Part shown: piece by piece, positions 1 through 10,008 of the stretch | Layout: each line of letters begins with the position of its first letter | Position numbering within the stretch: the stretch's first letter is position 1 | Source: Bacteroidota bacterium | GTDB lineage: Bacteria; Bacteroidota; Bacteroidia; Bacteroidales; JAUZOH01 | Assembly (NCBI GenBank): GCA_030706565.1 | Contig: JAUZOH010000001.1 | Location: 1-62,171, forward strand | Reading direction: 5' to 3' | Length of the DNA stretch: 62,171 nucleotides | Program-made: the position numbers and the translations under genes | Notes under the pieces: model-generated | Told to the model about the DNA's origin: nothing | Database searches by the model: none | The model's input: the letters and a program-made list of their open reading frames with translations, nothing else

Positions 1-175
1 TGGAAAGATTGATTTTTCAAAGGACCTTTATCATCGACATTCCCTTGAGTTAACATAAAATCAAGAATTTTACCCCGATCATTGATAATCAGGTGAAGTT
101 TGAAACCAAAAAACCAGCCGACAGAACAATGCCCCTTAGTTAAGAGAGAAGCTAGGAATAGTGTGCAATCACTAT
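1..175 (-). mobile_element. IS982-family transposase gene fragment (runs off the window start; N-terminal part missing)
   Basis: Minus-strand translation of ~1-150 gives GHCSVGWFFGFKLHLIINDRGKILDFMLTQGNVDDKGPLKNQSF. This is the GFKLH...GNV.D block typical of IS982-type DDE transposases. The frame does not continue upstream of ~175. Confidence 0.5.
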
Positions 176-484
176 TAAAATAACACACACAATTAGTACG
201 ATTGAAGTAAGTGTAGATAAGTACAACTTTAAGAAGTAGGATGGAGATGGAATCTAAGCTATTTCCTTTTTAGAACCACAAATAGAGTTTTCTCAATTTA
301 AAAAAATAAAAACATGATGATATTTTTACATGAGTGTAAAAGTCATTTACCTGTTACCCCGAGTATTTATCCGTACTTTTATATTAAGGAAACTTATTGA
401 TAATAATTAAAATAAAGAATTTTGAATAATACTTTCCTTATTTATATCTTAGTACCATAAAAATATACAAGACAGGAGTTAAGG

Positions 485-770
485 ATGACAAAACAGGATC
501 TGGTAAACAAAATCTCACAGGATACTGGCATAGATAAAAATTCAGTACTACAAATTGTGGAAGCTTTGATGGAAACCAATTAAGGTTTCCATGGCTAACG
601 ATCAAAACATTTATCTGAGAGGGTTTGGAAGTTTCATTGTTAAAAAACGGGCCAGGAAAATAGGACGGAATATGACCAAAAACATTCCCCTGATTGTCCC
701 TGAGCATTTTATCCCTGCCTTTAAGCCTTCGAGGAAATTTATGGATCAAATTAAAACGAAAAAGATCTGA
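485..770 (+). pseudogene. HU-family DNA-binding protein gene disrupted by a 1-nt insertion
   Basis: ATG at 485 gives MTKQDLVNKISQDTGIDKNSVLQIVEALMETN, then TAA at 581-583. The +1 frame continues IKVSMANDQNIYLRGFGSFIVKKRARKIGRNMTKNIPLIVPEHFIPAFKPSRKFMDQIKTKKI* and ends at 770. The total of 286 nt is 95 codons plus 1 nt. Confidence 0.8.
705..770. repeat. Direct repeat copy 1 (3' end of the HU gene, HFIPAFKPSRKFMDQIKTKKI*)
   Basis: About 65 nt, roughly 90% identical to 1838-1903. Confidence 0.8.
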
Positions 771-1207
771 TCTTTTTCGTCTTAAACAACCGATAATAAC
801 TTCTTTGTGCTTGTTTTTTCTATTTACTCTAGTGATGATCGACCTGAGGATGTATATTTTGTATTCTTGCATCCTTGTTTTTTCACAGTTTTCTTGCTAT
901 TTTCTCTCTGAAATAAATGCCTGTATTGTGAATTCCAGCGTTACCGTATATCCCATTTCCCCCGATATTAATACTGGCCCAATGGTCGAATGCTACCTTT
1001 GCTAACATTTACAATAGCTCCAGGCCGTATTTTTATTATTTTTCTGAATCCGAACTTATATATTTGTATCATTTTAAGTTAATAAGATGCAAAGATAGTG
1101 AATGTGTTTTAGTGCGGAAATATTTCCACTTCGTAATTTTGGGTGTTACACAGTAAAATATTTGACTTTTTGTTGCATAGTTGAGCAACAGTTTGTATCT
1201 TTGTAGC

Positions 1208-1540
1208 ATGGAAAAGCAACGTGGAATTCTGACATACGGAGGGTTCTTTGAGGCTTTCATGGAAACATTGACCGATAAGGAGCAGCAAAAGATACAATAT
1301 GGGTTACTGATGCTGAAAACACAGGAAAGACTGTCGGTGAGATATGTAAAGCTGATACGGGACGGCCTGTATGAGCTTCGTACGGAATATAAGGGTAACC
1401 TGTACCGTGTGTTTTTTATTTTCGACAAGGGGAACATTGTAGTATTATTCAACGGATTTCAAAAAAAGACACAGAAAACACCAAATAACGAAATAGAAAA
1501 AGCATTAAAAATAAAAGACGAATATTATGCACGAAAATAA
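1208..1540 (+). CDS. RelE/ParE-superfamily toxin (phage Gp49 / HigB-like)
   Basis: MEKQRGILTYGGFFEAFMETLTDKEQQKIQYGLLMLKTQERLSVRYVKLIRDGLYELRTEYKGNLYRVFFIFDKGNIVVLFNGFQKK matches the Gp49-type pattern. It overlaps the downstream HTH gene by 14 nt. The start was taken at the internal ATG of track ORF 1181-1540. Confidence 0.7.
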   Translation: MEKQRGILTYGGFFEAFMETLTDKEQQKIQYGLLMLKTQERLSVRYVKLIRDGLYELRTEYKGNLYRVFFIFDKGNIVVLFNGFQKKTQKTPNNEIEKALKIKDEYYARK

Positions 1541-1829
1541 TCATCAAATAGTGGATTATGATGTAGTATTGGATGCTAGATTCGGTAAACCTGGCACTCC
1601 GTCACGCATTGAGGCAGAGGAAAAAGCTTATACTTTCTATACAGGGCAAATTATAGAGGATGCCCGTAAAAAAGCCAAGATCACACAGGCAGAACTTGCA
1701 CGCCGTTTAGGTTGTAACCGCTCTTACATATCACGAGTGGAGCATGGTGAAACTGAGCCAAAGATATCGACCTTTTATCGTATAATGAACGCTTTAGGTT
1801 GTAATATCGAGTATTCGATGAACTTGTAA
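1527..1829 (+). CDS. XRE-family HTH antitoxin partnering the upstream toxin
   Basis: KITQAELARRLGCNRSYISRVEHGETEPKISTFYRIMNALG is a classic Xre HTH. The 100-aa gene overlaps the toxin gene. Confidence 0.75.
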   Translation: MHENNHQIVDYDVVLDARFGKPGTPSRIEAEEKAYTFYTGQIIEDARKKAKITQAELARRLGCNRSYISRVEHGETEPKISTFYRIMNALGCNIEYSMNL

Positions 1830-1837
1830 GGTTTTTA

Positions 1838-1903
1838 CATTTTATTCCTGCCTTTAAGCCCTCAAAGAAATTTATGGATCAAATTAAGACGAAAAAGATC
1901 TAA
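1838..1903. repeat. Direct repeat copy 2 (orphan HU 3' end, HFIPAFKPSKKFMDQIKTKKI*)
   Basis: Sequence ...cattttattcctgcctttaagccctcaaagaaatttatggatcaaattaagacgaaaaagatctaa duplicates 705-770 with no upstream HU coding sequence. Confidence 0.8.
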
Positions 1904-1937
1904 CCTTTTAGAAAATTTAGATGCTTCATCAAAGAAG

Positions 1938-1962
1938 GAAGGCAGCCATCAGGCTGCCCTTC
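1938..1962. terminator. GC-rich hairpin between convergent genes
   Basis: GGAAGGCAGCC-atca-GGCTGCCCTTC, a 10-bp stem with one bulge. It lies between the plus-strand TA pair and minus-strand traN. There is no clear U-tract. Confidence 0.35.
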
Positions 1963-2082
1963 ACTCCCATTACCCTTGTTTGTCGCTGGCAGGTCGTCAT
2001 CCCTGGCGGAGCCCGCTTCCATACTCGAAGGGTAATCAAATTTACAAAATATTTATGTAGTAATCAATCTTTTAGTTTATTT

Positions 2083-2919
2083 TTAATCCATTAGCACCGG
2101 TATTTTGTAGATCAAATCTTTATCTATGGTAAACAAGAAATTTCTTCCGCCTTCGGTTTCTTTCATCTCAAATTTTAACCTTTTATTATCCGGGACGGTA
2201 AATTTACTGGTGACAATTACGATATCCTTGGTTTGCTTTGCCACCAAGCGGTCAAAATTATTTAAGGTGAACACGGGTTCTATATTGCTGGATTGAAGGG
2301 TTGCTGACCGGATTTTCCTTTTACCCTGGATGGTTAAGTTGAAATAATCTACATCGTAGTTTATATTTGAATTGTTGTTTACCTTGAAATGGAAATACAA
2401 GCGGTCTTTGTACACGAATACATTGGTTAGGGATACAAATACATTTTTCTCCATTTCATCTACGTTATAGATGTCTTGTTTCTTGGTCAGTACCTGTTTA
2501 CAGGCCTGTTCTATATCTTCCTTTTCCTTCCGTTCCCTTAAAATGGAATCATTTCTTATGATCTCTCCTTCGTTTTTTCCTTCCTGTTTAACCAATAACC
2601 CACTTCCGGCTGGTATATTGTAAATTAACGTATCGCTGTTAGGGGCATATTGAAGCAAAAAACTGTATATCGTTTCATCTTTTGTTTTCACCACCAGGCT
2701 AGTTTCCTGGAAACCTTCCGTTTTTGTGGCCAGTTTAACCATGTTTTCTTCTTTTTTCCAGAGTATGTCTTCCAGCCCAACGTCCACATATTTGACTTCC
2801 GAACTGAAAATAATGTGAACGGTCTTGTTAAATGAAAGGTAAATTTTCCTGGGCATGGTTTGCCCAAAGGAGCTTATGCCAATTATTAAGGCCAGGAAAA
2901 ACAGGAATGTTTTTTTCAT
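2083..2919 (-). CDS. traN: Conjugative transfer protein TraN (Bacteroidetes type)
   Basis: 278 aa with an N-terminal signal peptide. It is the last gene of a tightly packed or overlapping operon that follows the CTnDOT-like order G-I-J-K-M-N. Confidence 0.65.
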   Translation of the reverse strand: MKKTFLFFLALIIGISSFGQTMPRKIYLSFNKTVHIIFSSEVKYVDVGLEDILWKKEENMVKLATKTEGFQETSLVVKTKDETIYSFLLQYAPNSDTLIYNIPAGSGLLVKQEGKNEGEIIRNDSILRERKEKEDIEQACKQVLTKKQDIYNVDEMEKNVFVSLTNVFVYKDRLYFHFKVNNNSNINYDVDYFNLTIQGKRKIRSATLQSSNIEPVFTLNNFDRLVAKQTKDIVIVTSKFTVPDNKRLKFEMKETEGGRNFLFTIDKDLIYKIPVLMD

Positions 2920-3893
2920 TTTGTTGCCCTAAGGATTAATTTATAGTTTTCTGTTAATACTGCCGTATTTTCATCTATTGCTTTTCTTCCCGTAGTTATG
3001 GGGACGCTTACAAAGGGGGTATTGATCTTGACCTGTCCCAGGGCATTGTTTGCTTCTTCTTTGACTGCATCATGCAGGATCAGATCCGGCACATCTACTC
3101 CTTCCAAGCCATCGCCATAGTCGTAGGCTACAAAATTTACAGGGTATAGTTTCCCGGTATATCCAATCGAGGGTACGCGGATATTTACCCTTTGGCTGCC
3201 CATGCTTACAATCCCGGATATGAAGGTATTTCTGGGGATTTTTACTCCATCTATGATAAATTCCTGAATGGCCCTCATTTTTACGGTTGAGCCGTTTTTC
3301 ACTTTTTGCTGGTTGTGTATAACAACCATAACATCAGACGATGTGTGGGTTTCTTCGTTTACCTGCACAGTTTGATCCTGGGAATCGTTAAAATTATTTC
3401 TATACCTGGCCTGGCTTTTTACAGGGGTTTGAATCAATACCCGTTTTTCCATGGGGCGTATATCCGCATTTTTCTTTATAGTAGGAGGCTTATGATCATT
3501 TGTTGTCTTTGACTTTTCTTGTTTGGTCTTTGGACTTTTTAAATCCTGGGATTTTTCTTTTATCTCCTCTTTCTTTATTTCATTTTTATCACTTTCCCCA
3601 ATATTATTGTTGCTTCCTGCTTTTTCCTTATCCTCAAAAAGCTTGCTCATGTCCACGTTGATGTCCTCTTTTACCTGAATTTTGATGCTTTCTTCATCCA
3701 CCATTTTTTTCATGTTGTTGGATATTTTTCCGGTATCCTGGTTTAAAATTTCAACGCTTGCCGTATTAATATCATTCCCGTTATTTTTATCTTTTTTCTT
3801 TCCTGGAAACACAAAAAATGCCATTAAAATGATCATTCCGGCCACGATGACCAGGAAGATTATCCCGAATGTATTTTGTCTTTTCTGTACCAT
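2916..3893 (-). CDS. traM: Conjugative transfer protein TraM
   Basis: 325 aa with an N-terminal TM helix, a Lys/Glu/Asn-rich linker and a conserved-looking C-terminal domain. It overlaps traN by 4 nt and sits in the syntenic position. Confidence 0.65.
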   Translation of the reverse strand: MVQKRQNTFGIIFLVIVAGMIILMAFFVFPGKKKDKNNGNDINTASVEILNQDTGKISNNMKKMVDEESIKIQVKEDINVDMSKLFEDKEKAGSNNNIGESDKNEIKKEEIKEKSQDLKSPKTKQEKSKTTNDHKPPTIKKNADIRPMEKRVLIQTPVKSQARYRNNFNDSQDQTVQVNEETHTSSDVMVVIHNQQKVKNGSTVKMRAIQEFIIDGVKIPRNTFISGIVSMGSQRVNIRVPSIGYTGKLYPVNFVAYDYGDGLEGVDVPDLILHDAVKEEANNALGQVKINTPFVSVPITTGRKAIDENTAVLTENYKLILRATK

Positions 3894-3896
3894 TTT

Positions 3897-4544
3897 TTAT
3901 TCTTTTATTTCTTTAAAATCGCTTTGGGTCAGATTTTCTAATACAAAGCCGTGAGGGTTGGTGGCAAAAGTTTCTGATACCCTTTTTAAATAGAATTCTA
4001 TGGTTACCTGAAATTTTTCGCATTGCATCTCTTCCCTCATGTTGATCTGAATGGGCACCCGACAAAAGTAAGGTTCCCGGCTTAGGTCTATTTGTATGTC
4101 TTTGTGGTTTACGATGGCTTCCTGCCTGATTCCCAGGCGGATGATGTCGCTGTACCAGCCTTTTTTCTGAAATCTTAAGTATAGTTCCTTTACTGATTTG
4201 TCCCCTATCCACAGGGCATTGTTGATGTGGTCTTCTACATTCCACTTGTCAAAATCATAAAAGTTTGAGATAAAATACAGGATTTGGTTTTTGGCTTCTA
4301 TCTCCTCTGCCTGCCTGGCACTTATAAAGCTCATCTTCCTGGGTGTCCCGTCTGCATCCAGGATAGGCCTGTTGGTTTCCAGCAGGGATTTGGTTTTATA
4401 TACAAAAATCGTGTAGGAAACGATCATTACCCCCATCAGCAAAATCATCCCGATCACCACATAGTCTTTTAGCCTGTTGTTCTTGGTGATATCGTTGTAT
4501 TCATCAAGTAAATGCTTCATATTATTCTCCCTGAGTGTTTGCAA
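3897..4544 (-). CDS. traK: Conjugative transfer protein TraK
   Basis: 215 aa with a single N-terminal TM helix, located between traJ and traM. Confidence 0.65.
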   Translation of the reverse strand: MQTLRENNMKHLLDEYNDITKNNRLKDYVVIGMILLMGVMIVSYTIFVYKTKSLLETNRPILDADGTPRKMSFISARQAEEIEAKNQILYFISNFYDFDKWNVEDHINNALWIGDKSVKELYLRFQKKGWYSDIIRLGIRQEAIVNHKDIQIDLSREPYFCRVPIQINMREEMQCEKFQVTIEFYLKRVSETFATNPHGFVLENLTQSDFKEIKE

Positions 4545-5364
4545 ATAGTTTGATCAATAAATTTAAAGACCCTTTGATAATCCCTATTTTCACGATGATC
4601 CCGACTAAACTGACCATGGTGGTTGCTGCCGTTACGGAAAAAGAGGTAAAATTGGAATTCGTGTAGCATTCGTTTGTGACCACATCCATAAAGGTATTGG
4701 CCGCATATATCGGGATGATCCAAAGGAAATAGATGGCATAATACCTTAACCAATTGTAAATGGCATTGTGCCATTTATCGTAGATGCTAAATACCACCGC
4801 AATGGGGCCCAGCAATTTTAACGCGAACAACATAAAGGCCCTGATCATCAGGGAGGCCATATAAACAAAGGTCCCGAAAAAATCTCCTATCCATCCGAAT
4901 ATTTTGATCAATACGGAACCGGGATGTTTTATAAACTGGACCAACTGGCTGGTGTTTGACGCGATATAGTCATCCGAATACTGGTCGGCATCCAGCTTCA
5001 AACCGTCATATTTGTCTTCCACCGTATCCTTCAGGTTATTTCTGGTTTGCCTGAGCTTTGCCTTTAAGTCCCCTTCCGGGGTAATATTCCTTTGTATATA
5101 GGTGTCTCCTTCTTTTAGTACGTTTTCTACCCCATCCATGAAGTAATTATAACTTCCAAGTATGGCGCAAAGGACAAAGGGCCGGATAATATCCCTGGGA
5201 CTGAAGATCTCATTTGCATTTTTTGCTTTCAGGTACTTGGACAGGAGTTGTACCACAACAAATATGATGGCCGCACCTTTGATGAAAGCCAGGGTGAATT
5301 CCACAAAAGTGTAATGGTTTATTTTATCCATTATCGTTGTGACGAACGAAAATGCATCATTCAT
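4522..5364 (-). CDS. traJ: Conjugative transfer protein TraJ (polytopic membrane protein)
   Basis: 280 aa with several hydrophobic helices, in the syntenic position after the traG/traI-like genes. Confidence 0.65.
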   Translation of the reverse strand: MNDAFSFVTTIMDKINHYTFVEFTLAFIKGAAIIFVVVQLLSKYLKAKNANEIFSPRDIIRPFVLCAILGSYNYFMDGVENVLKEGDTYIQRNITPEGDLKAKLRQTRNNLKDTVEDKYDGLKLDADQYSDDYIASNTSQLVQFIKHPGSVLIKIFGWIGDFFGTFVYMASLMIRAFMLFALKLLGPIAVVFSIYDKWHNAIYNWLRYYAIYFLWIIPIYAANTFMDVVTNECYTNSNFTSFSVTAATTMVSLVGIIVKIGIIKGSLNLLIKLFANTQGE

Positions 5365-5375
5365 GTCTTCCTGTC

Positions 5376-5978
5376 TTAATTGAACATCTTGTATGCCCGG
5401 GTCGATTCTCTTTCTTCATTGGTTGTCTTGGCTTCAAAATACTGGATCTTCATGACCGTTTGCTGGAAAGATAAGCGTTTGTCCATGTCTTTCAGTTCCC
5501 TTATGCGGTCTGCATCGCCCATGCTGAATTTCCCCGGAGTAAGTATATCCTTTACGGTTGAGATTATTCCTTCTGCACCCTGAACCACGATCAATAACTG
5601 GTCGTTTAGCCTTTTTAATTCTTCAGGGCTTAAGCTCTTTAGTTTTTGTGCTTTTACACTGATTTCATATTGCTCTTTTATTAAATCAACCTGGCGTTGG
5701 TAAACCTTTTTGGTCCAAATTGCAGTTTCCAGGCTGGCATTGATCGTTTTTAATAATTTTTCAGCTTTTTGCAAATACGTTATTGTGGTGGTCAGGGAGG
5801 TTACCATGGAACTTGTATTGGCGACTGTCTGTCCTTCCATGATCGTAGTTTTCACCAGCTGGGCATTATTCACCGGGTCATATACCACCGAGGCCCCTGC
5901 TTGTGGCAAAGCAGTTCTGCCGTTTGTGAGGAACAGGATGATGGATAAAAGCATCATTTTAATGGCTTTCATGTTCAA
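5376..5978 (-). CDS. TraI-like secreted conjugation protein
   Basis: 200 aa with a signal peptide and coiled-coil-like content. It overlaps the traG 3' end and occupies the position of traI in CTnDOT-type operons. Confidence 0.45.
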   Translation of the reverse strand: MNMKAIKMMLLSIILFLTNGRTALPQAGASVVYDPVNNAQLVKTTIMEGQTVANTSSMVTSLTTTITYLQKAEKLLKTINASLETAIWTKKVYQRQVDLIKEQYEISVKAQKLKSLSPEELKRLNDQLLIVVQGAEGIISTVKDILTPGKFSMGDADRIRELKDMDKRLSFQQTVMKIQYFEAKTTNEERESTRAYKMFN

Positions 5979-8352
5979 TCATTTTTTTAATTGATGATTC
6001 AAAATTTCCTGTTTTTTGATATTCTTCAAACAGGGGTTTCTTTTGGTCTTTATCGCTGACATAAGCCCAATACACTTCACGGGGTACTTCAAGGCGGTAA
6101 CAGTTCATCTTTTTCCCCAACTTGATGGCAAACTCCGTGTAGGGCGGTTTCCCCTTCTGGTTGGAACGTAAGGAAAGCAACTGCGATACATCGTGATCCG
6201 ACAATTTCAGGCGGTGTTTTAAACTCTCCAATCCTTTGTCTTGTTCAAAAATAAAGAAGGTATGGGTATTGTTTAGGATGGCTTTTCCTATGGTGTCGTC
6301 CGGAATATTGTCTATCGTTTGAAGTATTAGGCCCATCCCGCCTTCATATTTTCTCACGGTCTGGGCTATATAGTCCATTGCCGTGATCATGCTCTGGTAC
6401 TTTAACAGCTTTGCCGCTTCTTCATATACCAGTACTTTTTTGTTTTCACTGTTTTTCCAGATTTTGTTATCAATGGTATCCCTGATCATCAGGAACATGA
6501 TCGGTAAGATGGTGGGATTGTTCAAGGCTTCGGACAATTCATAAAAGACAATGCCTTTTTCTCCCCCTCGGTCAAAAAGGCCGCTGTCGGCATAGAGGAA
6601 ATCATATATCCCGGTCACATACTCATTGCATACATGCAAAAACTCATCCCTGTTGAAAAATTCAGGATTGATTTCCAAACGGTCCAATATCCTTTCCTCT
6701 TTTTTAACATAGTTGTAAAAGGAAGGAAAAGAATATCTTTCCTGGCAGTTCAGGTAATAATCCGAAATGATTGAATTCATGGATACCCTGACGGTATCCT
6801 CCGGTTTTTTTTCTTTGAGCCAATGAATGAAGACAAAATCTGAGAGGGTCTCTATTTTGGCAGCGGTCAGCCCTTCCTTTGAGGAAAGTAAAAAGGGGTT
6901 GATCCCAAAGGGCTCACCTTCCTTATACCGGATATATTGAACCTTGTCCTTGTACAGGGTCGCGATACCTTCATTGGAGTCTCCGATATCACAGAGGATC
7001 AACGAATAATTTTGTTCTATGTAGGTCCGGTACATGTGGGTTGTAAAAAAGGATTTTCCCCCTCCTGTCTCTGCGATCACGGCAAAGTTCCTGGCAAGGA
7101 TCTGCTTGGTTGCATAAGGTTTCTCCCACAAGTCTTTCAGGATGGGGGTATTGTTTACCCGGTCATTTAACAGAATCCCCTTTTCATCATGTTCATAATT
7201 CCCCACCAGCTGTGTAAAGACCAAGGCCTGGTTGATGTCTGTCATATACGTTTCTCCCTTGGGCATAAATGAGGCATTGCCGGGGATGGAGCTTAAAAAA
7301 TAGTGGGCATGGTCTATATAGATGGGCGAATAAGGGATCAGGTCCAGTTCGGAAAAGGCAGTGGTGATCTCTTTTTCTATCTTGTTCAGGCCTTCTGTTG
7401 TGTTTGCAAAGGTAAACACGTTGTAATGTGCCCTGCAGAGCCTTATATTTTCATTTTCGGCCATTTCTTCGAGGTAGCCGTCTATCGTTTTAAAATTGTG
7501 CTCGTTTTCCTTGGAAAATTTTGAAAAGGTCCGAAATTCCTGGTCTGTCTTTTCTATTTCGATTTTAAGCCTATGGTGGTCCTCTTTAAAGATGAACTGG
7601 TTAATTACATGGTTGCACTTTAGTTCCAGCCCCAGGGAGTGCGTAAAGGCCTTATAATAGATATACCGGTCTGTGGATATCTTGCCGTCCTTTTTGCAGC
7701 TGTATATTTTCTCAGGCAAATTGTCCTGGTTACAGATCGCGTAACAGTTATAGTAATTACTGCCTATTTTGAAGGGTTCGAAGTTGATATCTGTCAGTTT
7801 GCCGGGCTGATACCCGACCAAAAAATTAAAAATAATATCCTTGATCGTGTATTCATCCAAGGGGCTCACCTTAAATTGCCTGGAGGTGTTTAAGGTGGCT
7901 ATTGCTTTGTCTACTTCCTTTTGAAAACTAATGATCTTTTCAAGATCTTCCCGGATAATCCGGTTTTTATTACTAAAAACACTTAAGGAGAAATTCTTTT
8001 GGAGGCTTTCCAGTCCCGGCAAAATCACATACATGAAGCAAGTATGCTCCAGGTATTTTTTCCCTTCATAATATTCCTGGGTGGCTTTCTGCAGAAATGT
8101 GAAACCCGGCAGGGATGCCTTCTCTATTGTTTTTTCAAGATATACATTTTGAATATGGATGATGGTGTTTGAGGGCAAAGTCTTAATAAACCTGTACAGT
8201 TCCGTCTGCATCATTTCGTAATCATTTTCAGACGGGCTGTATATCTCAGGCAGTTGCATACTGAAATACAGGACGATATCCCCATTGCGGTTCAATACAC
8301 AATTGCCATCTATTTTATAGATGTTGTACAAGTCTTTAATATCAATAATCAT
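5959..8352 (-). CDS. traG: TraG-family conjugation ATPase (VirB4-like)
   Basis: 797 aa with Walker A AETGGGKSFF and a Walker B-like KKVLVYEEAAKL. Size and position match the Bacteroidetes TraG ATPase. Confidence 0.85.
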   Translation of the reverse strand: MIIDIKDLYNIYKIDGNCVLNRNGDIVLYFSMQLPEIYSPSENDYEMMQTELYRFIKTLPSNTIIHIQNVYLEKTIEKASLPGFTFLQKATQEYYEGKKYLEHTCFMYVILPGLESLQKNFSLSVFSNKNRIIREDLEKIISFQKEVDKAIATLNTSRQFKVSPLDEYTIKDIIFNFLVGYQPGKLTDINFEPFKIGSNYYNCYAICNQDNLPEKIYSCKKDGKISTDRYIYYKAFTHSLGLELKCNHVINQFIFKEDHHRLKIEIEKTDQEFRTFSKFSKENEHNFKTIDGYLEEMAENENIRLCRAHYNVFTFANTTEGLNKIEKEITTAFSELDLIPYSPIYIDHAHYFLSSIPGNASFMPKGETYMTDINQALVFTQLVGNYEHDEKGILLNDRVNNTPILKDLWEKPYATKQILARNFAVIAETGGGKSFFTTHMYRTYIEQNYSLILCDIGDSNEGIATLYKDKVQYIRYKEGEPFGINPFLLSSKEGLTAAKIETLSDFVFIHWLKEKKPEDTVRVSMNSIISDYYLNCQERYSFPSFYNYVKKEERILDRLEINPEFFNRDEFLHVCNEYVTGIYDFLYADSGLFDRGGEKGIVFYELSEALNNPTILPIMFLMIRDTIDNKIWKNSENKKVLVYEEAAKLLKYQSMITAMDYIAQTVRKYEGGMGLILQTIDNIPDDTIGKAILNNTHTFFIFEQDKGLESLKHRLKLSDHDVSQLLSLRSNQKGKPPYTEFAIKLGKKMNCYRLEVPREVYWAYVSDKDQKKPLFEEYQKTGNFESSIKKMIEHESH

Positions 8353-8630
8353 CGAAACGGCTTAAAAGAATTTATTTTTATTGAGACCTTATCACCATAA
8401 AATTTTTTGCTGAAGGCATTCATCTTTTTCTCTGTTACCTGTGATAACACGATATAGGAAAACAGGTCAAGGATAGTGATCAGGATGACCTTGGTCAGCG
8501 AAATCCCTGAGAATAATGAAAAGGCAGAGAAGAAAAGTATGGCGAAAAAGATTATAAAATTTACCACCGGCAAATTGTAAACCAGGGGTTTTCTTTCTAT
8601 AGCCCTTCTGGTTTTATATTCTTTTATCAT
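8349..8630 (-). CDS. TraF-like small membrane protein
   Basis: 93 aa with two TM helices, overlapping traG by 4 nt. Confidence 0.5.
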   Translation of the reverse strand: MIKEYKTRRAIERKPLVYNLPVVNFIIFFAILFFSAFSLFSGISLTKVILITILDLFSYIVLSQVTEKKMNAFSKKFYGDKVSIKINSFKPFR

Positions 8631-8923
8631 TATACAATAAGTGCCTTAACCGCTTCGGCAATACCCAATACAAAGGCCGGGTAAACAGCCATTTTCACGC
8701 AGGAGAAAAATGCTTCTTTGGCATATTCACCCCCTTTAATAAAATCAGAATATTTTAAGATGCCGGTTACCACAAATACGACGAAAACCAGGGCGATCAA
8801 TGCCGGCCGTATGTACTGTGTATACATGCTGTTTAGGGTGGTTTCGAACGAACCCGCTGCAAATGCCATTGCGGTGGCATAAGCCATCATCAGGACCAAT
8901 GATAAAAGTTTTTTCTTGTTCAT
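8630..8923 (-). CDS. TraE-like small membrane protein (pilin-like)
   Basis: 97 aa with a signal/TM segment plus two further hydrophobic helices. It directly abuts the TraF-like gene. Confidence 0.5.
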   Translation of the reverse strand: MNKKKLLSLVLMMAYATAMAFAAGSFETTLNSMYTQYIRPALIALVFVVFVVTGILKYSDFIKGGEYAKEAFFSCVKMAVYPAFVLGIAEAVKALIV

Positions 8924-8970
8924 GGAGGTAATATTTAATTGGTTAAGGAATTGCTGCTCACTAAAGTCAA

Positions 8971-9192
8971 TTATCTATTATCCGGGTCTTGCAGAGCATT
9001 ATAAAATTCTGCAATCCTGTACATTTCTCTAATTGTGAAAGTTTGTGATTTTAATTTTCGGTCTAATGTGGCCTTTGAAAGCCTGATATGTTCATACAAG
9101 GCTTTCTTTTGCATGCCGTAAGCTTCGATAATCCAGGGTATTTTCTTTTGAAGTTCTTCAAAGTCCGATATTATCTTGGTTTCTAATATCAT
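8971..9192 (-). CDS. Small hypothetical protein at the head of the tra operon (possible HTH)
   Basis: 73-aa ORF co-oriented with tra. The segment KKALYEHIRLSKATLDRKLK looks HTH-like. Confidence 0.35.
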   Translation of the reverse strand: MILETKIISDFEELQKKIPWIIEAYGMQKKALYEHIRLSKATLDRKLKSQTFTIREMYRIAEFYNALQDPDNR

Positions 9193-9724
9193 TGAAGGAT
9201 TTTTTTTGAATTTTGACCTCTTATATATAAATATACAAAAGTTTCATAAAAACACCATAAAAGATAGATATTTAATACCTTAAAAATATATTTAACCCTT
9301 GACTCTTATTGAGAGAAGGCTAAGCAAAATCCAAGGGATTGGGAGGATCATAAAAAAACATTTTTTATGAATGTACTTTAAAATAGGTGATTATTAAATT
9401 CTACTTATCCTGTGAATTAAGGGTTAAAAATTAGCAACTATTTTACCCTAAATGTTTTTTTCTTATTCCTTTTTATTCTCCACGTATTGCCTGAGGATAT
9501 TCAATAAAATCCAATGATTTTACTATTAGGTGCGAATGCCTTTTCCAATAATCAAATTGCAGTATGTGTGATTTTTTGCCTATTCCTGGATGTATCAGGT
9601 TTTCTTTTTTACTTCGATTTTAAACGGAAGCAGTTTCCAGTCTCAGAAATTTCTGGATATTTTGCTAAAAAATGCAGAGAACAACCCTTTAATCAATCAT
9701 TTGTCTGAAAACACAGTTGACTTG

Positions 9725-9793
9725 CGGCCAGGTTTAATATTTAAAAAAATTACTTTGTTTGAATAAAAAAATCTACCTTTAAGTCTGAGAATA
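9725..9793. repeat. Promoter-like ~70-nt direct repeat, copy 1
   Basis: cggccaggtttaatatttaaaaaaattactttgtttgaataaaaaaatctacctttaagtctgagaata recurs at 19312-19382. Confidence 0.75.
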
Positions 9794-10008
9794 ATCTTAA
9801 AAAGATTTATTCTGATGCAATAAAACAAATGAAAGCAGTCAAAAATAAGATAAATCAATTTACTACAAAATGTTAACGCCTATAGATAAGGCCGATATAA
9901 CAGCAATTATGCAGTTACAGAGATGTTACCAGCAAGTGTAAAGACACGCTGCTACCAATTTTGATAAATTATAAACTAAATATGACTAAATAATCTAACA
10001 GAAATCCC

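Noticed and set aside
438-872. 144-aa minus-strand ORF
   Set aside because: It is antisense to the clearly recognisable, though frameshifted, HU gene. It has no recognisable motifs and an odd composition.
9514-9708. 64-aa plus-strand ORF upstream of the cassette block
   Set aside because: It lies in the intergenic region upstream of the tra operon and is a low-complexity hydrophobic product. There is no support beyond its length.
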